Shown: positions 1 to 9,867, numbered from the stretch's first letter. The stretch: DNA of 64,000 nt from Dehalococcoidia bacterium (GCA_965219325.1 OZ244723.1:1503628-1567627); one strand, 5' to 3'. Notes: a model not told the origin generated them from the letters alone. Numbers and translations: made by a program.

Positions 1-700
1 GTGCGCAGGCCGCGATCTCCTCGGGCCTTGCGAGCCGGCCGATGGGGTGAAGATCTATCAGCGCCGAGAGGGCCTCAGGGTCTGACGTGAGCTTTTCGGT
101 GAACGGGGTGTCGACAAAGCCCGGGTTGATGCAGTTCACCCGGATGCCCCTGGGCGCAAGCTCGACCGCGAGATTCCTGGTCAGTTGAAGAACCCCGCCC
201 TTTGACGGGTTGTAGGGCGAGAGCCCGGCACCGACCCCGCGTGCGTATCCCACGAGGCCCATGACCGACGACAGGTTGATAATCGACCCGCCGCCGCGCC
301 GCTCCATGGCCGGGATCGCGTGGCGGCAGGCGAGATAGGTGCCCTTGAGATTCACCTCGATGACCGCGTCCCAGATCTCCTCCTCAGACTTTCCGGCCAA
401 AGAGCCTATCCGCGGGTTCAGCCCGGCGCTGTTTACCAGGACATCGAGACCGCCGAAGCGCTCTTCTGCGGCCTCAACGGCGGCGGTCACCGCGCCGGAG
501 GAGGTAACGTCCACGGACATCCCCTCGGCCCTCCCTCCCTGGTCCCTTATTTCGCCGGCCGTCCGGGCCGAGGCGTCCCCGCTGAGGTCGGTCACCAGGA
601 CGCTAGCGCCATGGCGGCCGAACAGGAGCCCGGTGGCGCGACCGATGCCGGAGGCCCCGCCGGTGATGATCGCCGTCTTGCCGCTAAGCCTCTTTTCCAT
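1..700 (-). CDS. Short-chain dehydrogenase/reductase (SDR), runs off the window start
   Basis: Not in the ORF track. The minus strand from ATG at 700 reads MEKRLSGKTAIITGGASGIGRAT (TGxxxGxG) and later has the catalytic YNPSK (YxxxK) motif. Confidence 0.9.
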   Translation of the reverse strand, partial: MEKRLSGKTAIITGGASGIGRATGLLFGRHGASVLVTDLSGDASARTAGEIRDQGGRAEGMSVDVTSSGAVTAAVEAAEERFGGLDVLVNSAGLNPRIGSLAGKSEEEIWDAVIEVNLKGTYLACRHAIPAMERRGGGSIINLSSVMGLVGYARGVGAGLSPYNPSKGGVLQLTRNLAVELAPRGIRVNCINPGFVDTPFTEKLTSDPEALSALIDLHPIGRLARPEEIAACA

Positions 701-894
701 CAGGCAGATCTCCCCTCGGGCCGGCGCCACGGGCGCCGATCTGCGGGTCGCCGAAAGCTCGCCTCCAGCGGGCTGTCCGCGCGGCCGCGGCCCGGTAAAC
801 GGACCAATGATATCCCAAAATTCATTGAACTCCTTCTTAGACAAGATAGAGAATTTTTGGGTGGTCAGATCGCCGGGTAGAAAGGAACCAAGCC

Positions 895-3165
895 ATAGGC
901 GCCTCTGAGCAGCTCACCCTCATACGAGACTTCGCGATCATAATGGCCGTCGCCGGTGGGGCCGTCGTCGTCTTCAAGCGTCTTCGCCAGCCCTCCATCC
1001 TCGGCTACCTGCTTGCCGGGATCCTCGTCGGTCCCTTCACCTTCCCCAACGCTCCCGTTACCAACATTGAGATCGTCAGGCTCCTGGCCGATCTGGGCCT
1101 GGTGCTGCTGCTGTTTGCGGTCGGCATGGAGTTCGGGTGGCGGCGGATCCGCCAGGTCGGCCTGGGGGTGCTGCTGATCGGCAGCATCGAGATGCTGGTG
1201 ATGGTCTCGATCGGCTACCAGCTCGGCCGGCTCCTGGGCTGGACCCCCGTCGAGGCGATCTACCTGGGCTCGGCGATGGCCATCTCCAGCTCGGCCATAC
1301 TGATCAAGGTGCTCCGCGACTCCGGGAAGCTGACGACCAGGGTAGGCAAGCTGGTGGTCGGGCTGCTGGTCGTTGAGGACTTTGTCGCCGTCATCCTCCT
1401 GACCCTGCTCTCGGGCCTTGCAACCTCGGGCGCCACGAGCTTCGGTGACGTCGGTCCGCTGGTGCTAAAGCTGGTCCTGTTCACCGTGGCCTCGGTGGCG
1501 CTTGGGGCGGTCTTCGTACCACGCCTGCTCTCTTACATCAACAAGTTCGAGTCCCCCGAGACCCTGGTACTGGCGGCCCTGGCACTGTGCTTTGCCCTGG
1601 CGCTGATCGGGGAAGAGCTCGGCCTGTCTGCAGCCGCCGGTGCGTTCCTGATCGGCGCGGTGATAGGCGACACCCCGCAGGCAGAGCAGATGACCAGGAC
1701 GATCTCACCCATAAGGGACATGTTCGGAGCCCTGTTCTTCGTGTCGATAGGCATGCTGATCAACGTTCACGTGATTGGCGATCACATCGTGCCCGCCATC
1801 GTGATCGCCGCCGTGTTCATCGCCGGCAAGATCGCCGTCAACACCTTCGGTGCGTTCATCGCGGGCCAGCCCGACAGGGTGCCGATCCAGTTTGGAATGC
1901 GGACCCCACAGGTCGGTGAGTTCTCCCTCGCCATGGTCAAGGTCGGTGTCGAGAGCCAGACGATCGGCGCCTTCATGTACCAGGTGCTGGCGGCCGTCAC
2001 CGCGATAACGTCCCTGTTCTATCCGTACATCGTCAGGTCCTCCGACCGCGTCGCGGACCTGCTGCGGCGCCGGTCCCCGGAGGGGCTTCGCAGATCGCTG
2101 TCCGGCTACACGATCGGTGCTGTGGGGCTTGGCGGCACCCTGAGCCCCGACCTTCGGCAGCGCGTCAGGGGACCGGCCCTGTCGGTGCTGGTCAACTTCC
2201 TGATCGTCGTGGTGCTCATGGCGCTGGGCAGTCTGGTCGTCGGCCTCTCATCCGACATCGCCCGCCCGCTGGGCATCTCCGAGGGAGTGGTGGCTAAGAC
2301 CGTCGCATTCGCGGCCCTGGCGCTCAGCTTCCCGTCCTCCGTAGCGATCTGGCGCGGCCTGGAGCGGCTTACCGAGCAGGCTGCGACGTACCTGATCCTT
2401 CATGGCAGGGCTCCCAGGATGCGCGTTCAGACCGTCGCAAAGAACCTGGTCCGCGACGCTGTGATGATCCTGGTCATCTTCGTTGCCAGCCTGTGGGTGA
2501 TCCCGTTCGTCGCGCACCTGCTCTCCCTGGGCCCCCTGGAGGTTCCGCTGCCCTTCATGGTCGTGGCCGCGATGGTCTACGTCGCGATCCGTTTTCTTAG
2601 GCAGGTGCACCGCCACCTGGTCGAGTCCTTCAGCAAGACCTTCCTCGGGGGACATCTTCCCGGCAGCGAGACCGCCCCGGGCGGTGTGGAGAGATCGGTC
2701 GAGCGGGCCAGCGGCCTCCTTCCGTCCGTTACCGTGCGCTCCGAATACGCACCGGCCGTTCCGCCCGAAGCCGAGCCGGCGCTCGCTGATGATCCGCCCC
2801 CGGATACAGCGAAGAACGTGACGACCGCGGACGCAGAGATAAGCGCCCTTACGGTCGTTGAGAACGACACGTCGCCGTATGTCTCGCGCCTGGGCAGGGT
2901 GCCGATGGTCTGGGAGTTCAAGAAGGCGACGGAGGTGGACGGCTACTTCTTGATCACCCTTCGCTTCCGCAAGGCCTCCGCCCCTTCCTGGGACCACGGG
3001 GAAGAGGACCTTTACGTGGACGCCAGGGGACGCGTCAGGGTCCGGCAGATCAGGTCCTGGCCGAAGAGCGTCAGGGCCGGATTCTCCCCGCACATGTTCT
3101 ACGGAGGAGCCGCGGTGCTGATCGCGGTGGTGCTGGCGGCCGGTGCGCTGTACCTTCTGCGGTAG
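895..3165 (+). CDS. CPA2-family cation:proton antiporter with C-terminal membrane and soluble extension
   Basis: Multi-TM core with GLVLLLFAVGMEF, AISSSAI, GLLVVEDF and QVGEFS motifs. The first ATG is at 943, but family-like sequence (LIRDFAIIM) extends upstream to an in-frame ATA at 895, so the start is uncertain. Confidence 0.85.
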   Translation: MGASEQLTLIRDFAIIMAVAGGAVVVFKRLRQPSILGYLLAGILVGPFTFPNAPVTNIEIVRLLADLGLVLLLFAVGMEFGWRRIRQVGLGVLLIGSIEMLVMVSIGYQLGRLLGWTPVEAIYLGSAMAISSSAILIKVLRDSGKLTTRVGKLVVGLLVVEDFVAVILLTLLSGLATSGATSFGDVGPLVLKLVLFTVASVALGAVFVPRLLSYINKFESPETLVLAALALCFALALIGEELGLSAAAGAFLIGAVIGDTPQAEQMTRTISPIRDMFGALFFVSIGMLINVHVIGDHIVPAIVIAAVFIAGKIAVNTFGAFIAGQPDRVPIQFGMRTPQVGEFSLAMVKVGVESQTIGAFMYQVLAAVTAITSLFYPYIVRSSDRVADLLRRRSPEGLRRSLSGYTIGAVGLGGTLSPDLRQRVRGPALSVLVNFLIVVVLMALGSLVVGLSSDIARPLGISEGVVAKTVAFAALALSFPSSVAIWRGLERLTEQAATYLILHGRAPRMRVQTVAKNLVRDAVMILVIFVASLWVIPFVAHLLSLGPLEVPLPFMVVAAMVYVAIRFLRQVHRHLVESFSKTFLGGHLPGSETAPGGVERSVERASGLLPSVTVRSEYAPAVPPEAEPALADDPPPDTAKNVTTADAEISALTVVENDTSPYVSRLGRVPMVWEFKKATEVDGYFLITLRFRKASAPSWDHGEEDLYVDARGRVRVRQIRSWPKSVRAGFSPHMFYGGAAVLIAVVLAAGALYLLR

Positions 3166-4350
3166 GTGACGGCAGCCGTGAAGAACCTCGGGACAAGAGC
3201 GCCATCCATCGTCATCGTGGGTGGCGGCGTGATGGGATGCTCGACCCTCTATCACCTGGCCTCGCTCGGCGTCACCGATACGCTCCTTCTCGAGCAGGAC
3301 TCCCTTGCGTCGGGGTCGACCTCGCGGACCCAGGGCGTGCTTCGCATGCACTACTCGAACGAGGTCACCGCCCGGATGGCATGGGAGAGCCTGGCGGCAT
3401 ACCGGGACTTCAACGAGCTGGTCGGCTCCCCGTCCGGTTACGTTCAGACCGGGTACATCCTTGCGGTGCCGGCCGAGTACGGTTCGGCCCTCCGCCGCAA
3501 CCTGGCGATGCAGACGGCGCTCGGGATCGATACCGCGGAGGTCGATGCCGACCGTCTGTCCGACCTTGCGCCCTCGGTAAGGACCAGGGACGGAGAGGCC
3601 TATGCATTCGAGCCTCTCTCCGGCTATGCGGACGCCCACCTGGTCACGAGCGGCTATGCCCGGCGCGCCGAGGATCTCGGTGCGACCGTCCGGGTGGGGG
3701 CGCGGGCGGATGGGGTGGTCGTCGAAGACTCCAGGGTCACTGGGGTCCGGGTTGACGGCGAGGTCGTCCCGACCGGGGCCGCGGTCGTTGCGGCAGGTCC
3801 GTGGTCCGGGCCCCTTCTCGCCGGGCTGGGCGTGGAGATCGGCCTGTCGACCGTCCGGCACCAGGTGCTCGCGGTCACGCGGGACCGGGACCTTACCCAC
3901 CCCGCCATCGGTGACGTGGTGGGGGATTTCTCGGGCCGGATGGACGCCCCCGGTCTCTCGCTGGTCGCGCTGGGTGAGGAGCGAGATACGGCCGGTCCGG
4001 ACGACTACAACCGCGGCGTCGACCAGTCCTACATAGAGGCCGGCCTAAGAGCCATCTCGGATAGGGTTTCCGGCATGGAGGATGCCGGCTACGTGCGGGG
4101 CTGGTCGGGCCTGTTCACCGTGACCGAGGACTGGCATCCGGTCATCGACCGGGTGGAGGGAATCGATGGCCTGTACTGCGCGGTGGGCTTTTCCGGGCAT
4201 GGCTTTAAGATGGCGCCCGCGATCGGCCGCGCCATGGCCGAGATCATCGTTGGCAGCGGCCAGACCATAGACGTTAGCCGCCTCAGGCTCGGTCGCTTCG
4301 CCGAAGGGGACCTGCTCGGCTCCAGCTATCCGCTGAGGGTGCTGGCCTAG
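3166..4350 (+). CDS. FAD-dependent oxidoreductase, DAO/sarcosine oxidase beta family
   Basis: IVIVGGGVMG dinucleotide-binding motif, ASGSTS, AAGPWS and GFSGHGFKMAP. Confidence 0.9.
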   Translation: MTAAVKNLGTRAPSIVIVGGGVMGCSTLYHLASLGVTDTLLLEQDSLASGSTSRTQGVLRMHYSNEVTARMAWESLAAYRDFNELVGSPSGYVQTGYILAVPAEYGSALRRNLAMQTALGIDTAEVDADRLSDLAPSVRTRDGEAYAFEPLSGYADAHLVTSGYARRAEDLGATVRVGARADGVVVEDSRVTGVRVDGEVVPTGAAVVAAGPWSGPLLAGLGVEIGLSTVRHQVLAVTRDRDLTHPAIGDVVGDFSGRMDAPGLSLVALGEERDTAGPDDYNRGVDQSYIEAGLRAISDRVSGMEDAGYVRGWSGLFTVTEDWHPVIDRVEGIDGLYCAVGFSGHGFKMAPAIGRAMAEIIVGSGQTIDVSRLRLGRFAEGDLLGSSYPLRVLA

Positions 4351-4489
4351 CCGCTGGGCCAGCCCCTCCGGGACTCGCCACGGAAGGTGCCCGGCGGTAT
4401 GCTGTCCGCCGTTACGACTATCTCCACCCCGGGGCAGGGGAGTGGGGGATCGGGACGAACCTTTTGGGAAGCGAGTTAAGGGCAGCGCC

Positions 4490-6106
4490 ATGGCAGATCT
4501 AGTGATGTTGGGCGGACGAATCCTGACGATGGACCCAGTGGGGAGCAGGGCTGAGGCCCTCGCCGTCAAGGATGGGAAGATCGCCGCTGTGGGCACCAGC
4601 GAGGAGATAGTCCGCATGGTGGGGGATGGCACCAGGGTGGTGCGGCTGAACGGGCGGGCGGTCACGCCGGGCTTCATAGACCCCCATAACCACTTCTCCA
4701 TGACGACGTTCGAGCCGGTGTCCTGCGATCTTCGCACCCCGCCGCTGCGCTCAAAGCGCGAGGCCCTTGAGGTCATCGCGGCCACGGCCGCAATAACGCC
4801 CACCGGCCAGTGGATCTGGGGACAGGCCTACAATGCCCGGAGCCTCGAGGGCACCGGGCCCCTGACGAGGTACGAGCTCGACGAGGCGGGCGGGGATCAT
4901 CCCGTGTGCGTCATGGACGACTCCTACCACGCCCTGTACGCGAACTCGGCCGCCCTGGCCCTGGCGGGCATCGACCGCGACACGTCGGACCCCGCCAAGG
5001 GTGTGATCGTGCGGGACGACTCGGGAGAGCCCACGGGTTTCCTGCAGGAGCGCGCGATGGATGCCGTGCACCGCACCACGATGCGCTCGTTCATCGAGGT
5101 GTACGGTGAGGACGCCGTCGGCGACCTGGTCCGCCACAACGCCCGGCGCCACCTGTCCCACGGGGTCACCAGCCTCGGTGACGCCCAGACTATGCCCGAG
5201 AGCGCGCAGATGTACCAGCTCGCCGACGCCCAGGGCAAGCTCCCCATCTGCGTACGCCAGCTCAGGGGAGGGGACACCTTCTTCGGCGCGCCGAGCAGGC
5301 CGGCCGCCGGCGAGTTCCTCGCGGACAACGTCTCGGACCGCCTGCGGGGTGGGGCGGTGAAGCTGTTCATGGATCCGGTCTATCCGAACTTCGGGTTCTT
5401 CCGGTGCCACTCCGACGGCGCGGTCACGCCCGAGGGCGAGGTCTACTACGAGCAGGAGCAGGCCGACGAGCTGGTCCTGTCGGCGGTGCGCAACGGCCTG
5501 CAGGTCGCCATCCACTGCATAGCAAACCGGGCCATCGAGCAGGGTCTCAACTCGTTCGAGCGGGCCCTAAGGGAGGTGCCCGGCGCGGCGGACCTTCGCC
5601 TGAGGATCGACCACTTCATGTTCCCCACGATGGCGCAGATCAAAAGGGCGGCCGAGATGCCCATCGTCATCTCCCAGCAGCCGGCCTTCCTCTACAACAT
5701 AGGCCACATGTTCGAGGACGGGGTGCGCGAGTACAACATCGATGCCGAGGCTGAGCCCATCGCAGCCATGGTCGAGGCGGGCGCGACGATAGCCGCCGGA
5801 TCGGACTTTCCGTGCGCCTCGATTGCGCCGCTGGACGGGATGGCCGCGGCGGTAAGCCGAAGGCACGTCACCGGACGGCAGATCGCCCCGGACCAGGCGA
5901 TATCCGCAGAGGAGTGCATCAGGCACTACACCAACGGATCTTCATACGCCATTTTCCGGGACCACGAGGTGGGATCGCTGGAGGTCGGCAAGCGCGCCGA
6001 TATGGTGGTGCTCAGCCATGACCCCACGGGCTCGCATCCCGATCACATAAGGGACATAGCGGTTGAGCAGACCTACGTGGACGGGTCGCTCGCATACGAA
6101 GCCTAG
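4490..6106 (+). CDS. Amidohydrolase (YtcJ-like, Amidohydro_3)
   Basis: PGFIDPHNH, AIHCI, RIDH, AGSDFP and GSLEVGKRADMVVL motifs. Start placed at ATG 4490 (MADLVMLGGRI). Confidence 0.88.
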   Translation: MADLVMLGGRILTMDPVGSRAEALAVKDGKIAAVGTSEEIVRMVGDGTRVVRLNGRAVTPGFIDPHNHFSMTTFEPVSCDLRTPPLRSKREALEVIAATAAITPTGQWIWGQAYNARSLEGTGPLTRYELDEAGGDHPVCVMDDSYHALYANSAALALAGIDRDTSDPAKGVIVRDDSGEPTGFLQERAMDAVHRTTMRSFIEVYGEDAVGDLVRHNARRHLSHGVTSLGDAQTMPESAQMYQLADAQGKLPICVRQLRGGDTFFGAPSRPAAGEFLADNVSDRLRGGAVKLFMDPVYPNFGFFRCHSDGAVTPEGEVYYEQEQADELVLSAVRNGLQVAIHCIANRAIEQGLNSFERALREVPGAADLRLRIDHFMFPTMAQIKRAAEMPIVISQQPAFLYNIGHMFEDGVREYNIDAEAEPIAAMVEAGATIAAGSDFPCASIAPLDGMAAAVSRRHVTGRQIAPDQAISAEECIRHYTNGSSYAIFRDHEVGSLEVGKRADMVVLSHDPTGSHPDHIRDIAVEQTYVDGSLAYEA

Positions 6107-6141
6107 GCCCCAGGGCTTAAGGGGAGTCGGCCGGAGGGATC

Positions 6142-7065
6142 ATGTCCGAATTGATGGTGTACATAAGCGGGGAGTACGTGCCGGAGTCGCGGGCGGGGGT
6201 GTCCATATACGACCGCGGCTACATGTTCGCCGACCTGGTCACCGAGTCGACGCGGACGTTCGACATGCGTCCGTTCAAGCTGCCTGAGCACCTGGACCGC
6301 CTCTACTACTCGATGAAGGCCACCGAGATCGACGCCGGCATGACCAAGGCGGAGATGGAGACTGCGACCCTCCAGATGCTTGAGCGCAACCGCGCCATGT
6401 TCGGCCCGGGGGAGGATGCCTGGATCGTGCACAACATCTCGCGCGGCGTGTACAGATACCGCAGCGAGCCTGAGTCTGGACCGGGTCCCGCCACGGTCGT
6501 CATCCACTGCTTTCCCATAGACTTTCCGTCGTTCGCGCGCTTTTACACCGAGGGTGTGCACGCGATCACGCCCTCCGCCAGGCAGATACCGCCTGAGTCC
6601 CTCGACCCGAAGATTAAGCACCGCAGCCGCATGGCCGGACAGCTGGCGGACCTGGAGGTGGCGCGCGCCGATCCCGACGCGATGTCGGTCCTCTTGGACC
6701 GTGACGGGAATCTGACCGAGAACACGGGCGGAAACGTCTTCATAGTCAGGGACGGCCACGTCATGACCCCGACCGACCGCAGCATCCTTGAGGGTGTGAG
6801 CAGGGCGACGGTGCTTGAGCTGTGCGAACAACTGGACATACCCCACAGCCAGGAGGTGCTCCAGCCCTACCATGTGCTGGTCGCAGACGAGGCGTTCCTT
6901 ACCAGCACCCCCTACAGCATGCTTCCGGTGACCCGCTTTAACGGCAGGCCGGTCGGTGAGGGGCGTCCGGGGCCCGTTACGGCCCGGCTGCTAGGCGCAT
7001 GGAGCGAACTGGTCGGAGTGGACATCGTGGACCAGGCGCTCGGGGTGGCCCTTAACCGACCGTAA
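6142..7065 (+). CDS. Aminotransferase class IV (branched-chain/D-amino acid aminotransferase family)
   Basis: DRG, HLDRL, catalytic Lys in PKIKH, ENTGGN, LEGVSR and ADEAFLTST. Confidence 0.9.
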   Translation: MSELMVYISGEYVPESRAGVSIYDRGYMFADLVTESTRTFDMRPFKLPEHLDRLYYSMKATEIDAGMTKAEMETATLQMLERNRAMFGPGEDAWIVHNISRGVYRYRSEPESGPGPATVVIHCFPIDFPSFARFYTEGVHAITPSARQIPPESLDPKIKHRSRMAGQLADLEVARADPDAMSVLLDRDGNLTENTGGNVFIVRDGHVMTPTDRSILEGVSRATVLELCEQLDIPHSQEVLQPYHVLVADEAFLTSTPYSMLPVTRFNGRPVGEGRPGPVTARLLGAWSELVGVDIVDQALGVALNRP

Positions 7066-7108
7066 TCACCCGGGCCGCCCAAAGGAACCGACGCGCCCGG
7101 CTGGACTT

Positions 7109-7180
7109 CGTCCCACCGTCCGCACCCGGGGCGTAAGGCCGCCGGGTGCGCTGCGGGAAACGGGCCGGCCTGGTGGGACG
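7109..7180. other. Nested inverted repeats between convergent genes (possible terminator or stabilising structure)
   Basis: CGTCCCACC (7109-7117) pairs with GGTGGGACG (7172-7180) and encloses CGCACCCGG (7121-7129) / CCGGGTGCG (7142-7150). Confidence 0.5.
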
Positions 7181-7189
7181 GACCTGCCC

Positions 7190-7660
7190 TCAGTCTTCGA
7201 CCTCTAAGATCACCTCTATCTCGACGGGTATGTTGCCCGGCAGGTTCGCCATGCCTACCGCCGAGCGCGCGTGCCGGCCCCTGTCGCCGAACACCTCCAC
7301 CATAAGGTCGGAGCAGCCGTTGGCGACCTGGGGATGCTCGGTGAAATCGCCCGTCGAGTTGATCATCGAAAGGAGCTTGACGACCCGCTTTACGCGGTCG
7401 AGGTCACCGTCAACGGCCTGCTTCATGCGCGCGAGCATGTTTACGCCCACGAGGCGGGCGGCCGCGTAGCCCTCCTCAGTACCCAGGTCCCGGCCCAGCT
7501 TGCCGTTGGGTCTGGTACCGTCATCGGCCGCCGCGGGGCCCAGTCCTGACAGGTAGATCAGGTTGCCGGTGCGTACGCTGGGAACGTAGTTGGCCACCGG
7601 CGACTGAGGGTCGGGCAGGGTGATTCCGAGTTCTGCTATGCGGTCGTCTATCTTTCCCAA
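7190..7660 (-). CDS. RidA/YjgF/UK114 family protein (Rid1-like)
   Basis: N-terminus LGITLP...PVANYVP, VANGCSDL, and HARSAVG with the conserved Arg. Confidence 0.9.
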   Translation of the reverse strand: MGKIDDRIAELGITLPDPQSPVANYVPSVRTGNLIYLSGLGPAAADDGTRPNGKLGRDLGTEEGYAAARLVGVNMLARMKQAVDGDLDRVKRVVKLLSMINSTGDFTEHPQVANGCSDLMVEVFGDRGRHARSAVGMANLPGNIPVEIEVILEVED

Positions 7661-7717
7661 GTGGAGACCTCCGGTCGTCGCGTTGCTATCTGGATGGCGC
7701 TAGTGTCGTCTGCCCGG

Positions 7718-8770
7718 TCACTCGAAGGCCAGTATTGCCGCCGGGTTGCCGGTCGTTATGTCCGAGACCTCCTCGGCCGAAAAGCCCCGCTGCTTCATGC
7801 GCGGGACGATGTTCTCGAGGATGTGCTGGTAGCCGTGGCCGCCGTACCTTACCAGCCTGTGCTTGGTGCAGATGTCCTGGGCAACCAGCAGCTTTTTGCC
7901 GAAGTCGTTCTCGACCAGCAGCTGCAGCTTGTCCATCCGCTGGACGTCGTTGGGCATGTAGGCGCCGGGCAGGGGATAGTGTGAGGACTCGCTGCCGAAC
8001 AGGTCGTACTCCATGTAGCAGCCGCTCCCGGCGAGCTCGAGCGTCTCGGCGTCGTCGAACACGGTGCGGTCGAGGTGACCCATGATGACCCTCTCAATGC
8101 TGGCTCCCGCCTCTGCGAGGATGTCGAGGATCTCCCGGGGCGCCGAGGGGTCTCGGCCGGGATGTATCAGGACCGGGGCCCCGGTTTCCTGCTGGGCGGT
8201 CGCGGCCGCGCGCAGCACCTTTCGCTCGTTGTCCGTCAGGGGAAACGAGCAGCCGATCTCCCCTATGATGCCGGCCCTAACCCCGGTCTCGCCCACCCCC
8301 TCGGTGAGCTCGGTCACCATCTGATCGGCCAGCTCCGACTCGGTCCGCTCGCCCATCTCCTTGGGGTGGACCTTGTCGATGTACCAGCCGGCACCCATCA
8401 CCACGTTAAGGTCGGTCGCCCGGGAGATCCGCGCCAGTGCCAGCGGGTCGCGTCCTATCCCGAGGGTCGTGGCATCGACGATCGTGCCCCCGCCCTCGAG
8501 CCGGTAGTGCATCGCCTCCTCCACAGCCGCCTTCTCGTCGATCAGCAGCAGGTTGTCGTAGTTGGAGGTCCAGTTGTAGCGCACCCATCCGAGGTTCTCC
8601 ATTGAGATCTTCTGGTGCGCAAGGAATTTTCGCGACGCCTCCTCGGGCTCGACGAACATCGTCGTGAACTCTATGAGCAGGTGCTCATGGGTCATCGTCG
8701 GGCCGAGGGTCGCCGGGTCCACGGCGCCGGTCACCGTCTGGACCAGGCCTGAAATCTCGGATTTGGCCAA
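7718..8770 (-). CDS. Phosphotriesterase-family metallohydrolase (PHP/PTER-like)
   Basis: THEHL, GGTIVDAT, GIIGEIG, IHPG, GHLDR and YGGHGY motifs. TTG start with a GAGGAGG RBS. Confidence 0.9.
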   Translation of the reverse strand: MAKSEISGLVQTVTGAVDPATLGPTMTHEHLLIEFTTMFVEPEEASRKFLAHQKISMENLGWVRYNWTSNYDNLLLIDEKAAVEEAMHYRLEGGGTIVDATTLGIGRDPLALARISRATDLNVVMGAGWYIDKVHPKEMGERTESELADQMVTELTEGVGETGVRAGIIGEIGCSFPLTDNERKVLRAAATAQQETGAPVLIHPGRDPSAPREILDILAEAGASIERVIMGHLDRTVFDDAETLELAGSGCYMEYDLFGSESSHYPLPGAYMPNDVQRMDKLQLLVENDFGKKLLVAQDICTKHRLVRYGGHGYQHILENIVPRMKQRGFSAEEVSDITTGNPAAILAFE

Positions 8771-8925
8771 TGGATATCCTCCTCGTCTACTCCCCGGCCG
8801 CGCTCACTCAGGGGCGGGTCCGGCGGGCCAAGGCTAGCAATCGCCAAATCCGAGCGTCAAGCTGCGCCCGGGCGGCGGACATGTCGATGGAGGCCGGGCC
8901 TCGGCCCGAGCCGGCGGTGCTGGCG

Positions 8926-9867
8926 CTACGGGGAATCGCCCCGCCACGCGGCGACGGCCCTGCCCAGCCGGTCCGCCTGGTCAACGATGTCCAAGCCGAC
9001 CTGCTCGGACCAGGCCGCAAGGAGGCGCGAGGTCACCGGCCCGGGCGCCCTGCCGTCGGCCACATCGCGGCTGTCCACCCGGGAGACGGGAAGCAGGCAA
9101 AACGGCGTCGAGCACAGGAAGGCCTCGTCGGCGGTGTAAACGTCGTAGGGCTGAAGGTTCTCCTCTGCGACCGGGATGTCGAGCGTCGCGGCAAGCTCGC
9201 CGATCGCCAGCCTGGACACGCCCTGCAGGATCGCCGTGTCGCGCGGGGTGCGGATCGTCCCGCCGCTGACGATGGCGAAGTTGGAACCGACGCTCTCTGT
9301 GACGTTGCCGTCCATGTCGAGCATGATGGGAAAGGCCTGCGGATCGAGGTCGGCGGCCTCGAGGTCGGCCATCACGTAGCTGAGGCGGGAAAAGTGCTTT
9401 ACCTTCGGGTCGAGCTGCTGGGGGGAGAGGCTGCGGGACCGGGTGATCACGGCGCGCGCGCCGCGCGAGTACATGGGCCCGTAGGACGCAAAGTCGATGG
9501 GGTCGATGAAGACCGAGACGCTGGGCTGTCCCGCATCCTTGATCCTGTACCCGGTACCCCGGGTAACGATCGGGGAGATCATGTAGTCGTCACCGAACTC
9601 TCGCCTCACCGGCTCGTTGCGGTCGACGACCTCTTGTATGAGCCTCCCGAGGCTCGCCATCGAAAGGCCCGGGTCGATGCGCACGTACCTGAGCGTCCGA
9701 TCAAAGCGCTCAAGGTGCTCGCTGAGCCTGTAGATGCGGCCGTCGAACGTCCTTAGGGTGTCGTAGACGACGTCGCCGAGCTTGAACCCCCGGTCGAGCA
9801 TCGATATCTGCGCCCGGTCACGGGGGTAGTACTCTCCGTTCAGCCATATCTCGTAGGCCGGGCCCAT
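8926..9867 (-). CDS. Aminotransferase class IV (second paralogue)
   Basis: WLNGEY, DRGFKLGD, HLERF, PKVKH, LQGVSR and ADEAFLCST. Start placed at MGPAYEI. Confidence 0.88.
   Translation of the reverse strand: MGPAYEIWLNGEYYPRDRAQISMLDRGFKLGDVVYDTLRTFDGRIYRLSEHLERFDRTLRYVRIDPGLSMASLGRLIQEVVDRNEPVRREFGDDYMISPIVTRGTGYRIKDAGQPSVSVFIDPIDFASYGPMYSRGARAVITRSRSLSPQQLDPKVKHFSRLSYVMADLEAADLDPQAFPIMLDMDGNVTESVGSNFAIVSGGTIRTPRDTAILQGVSRLAIGELAATLDIPVAEENLQPYDVYTADEAFLCSTPFCLLPVSRVDSRDVADGRAPGPVTSRLLAAWSEQVGLDIVDQADRLGRAVAAWRGDSP

Noticed and set aside
701-894. c-di-AMP or other riboswitch upstream of the antiporter; imperfect inverted repeat CCCAAAATTC / GAATTTTTGGG
   Set aside because: I could not match any riboswitch consensus by eye. 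The AT-rich repeat may just be part of the divergent promoter region, and a cmscan would be needed.
2248-3900. Long antisense or alternate-frame ORFs (this one, 16799..18466, 13543..14784, 33730..35160 and similar)
   Set aside because: They overlap well-supported genes, have Arg/Gly/Pro-rich motif-free translations, and are expected in high-GC DNA.
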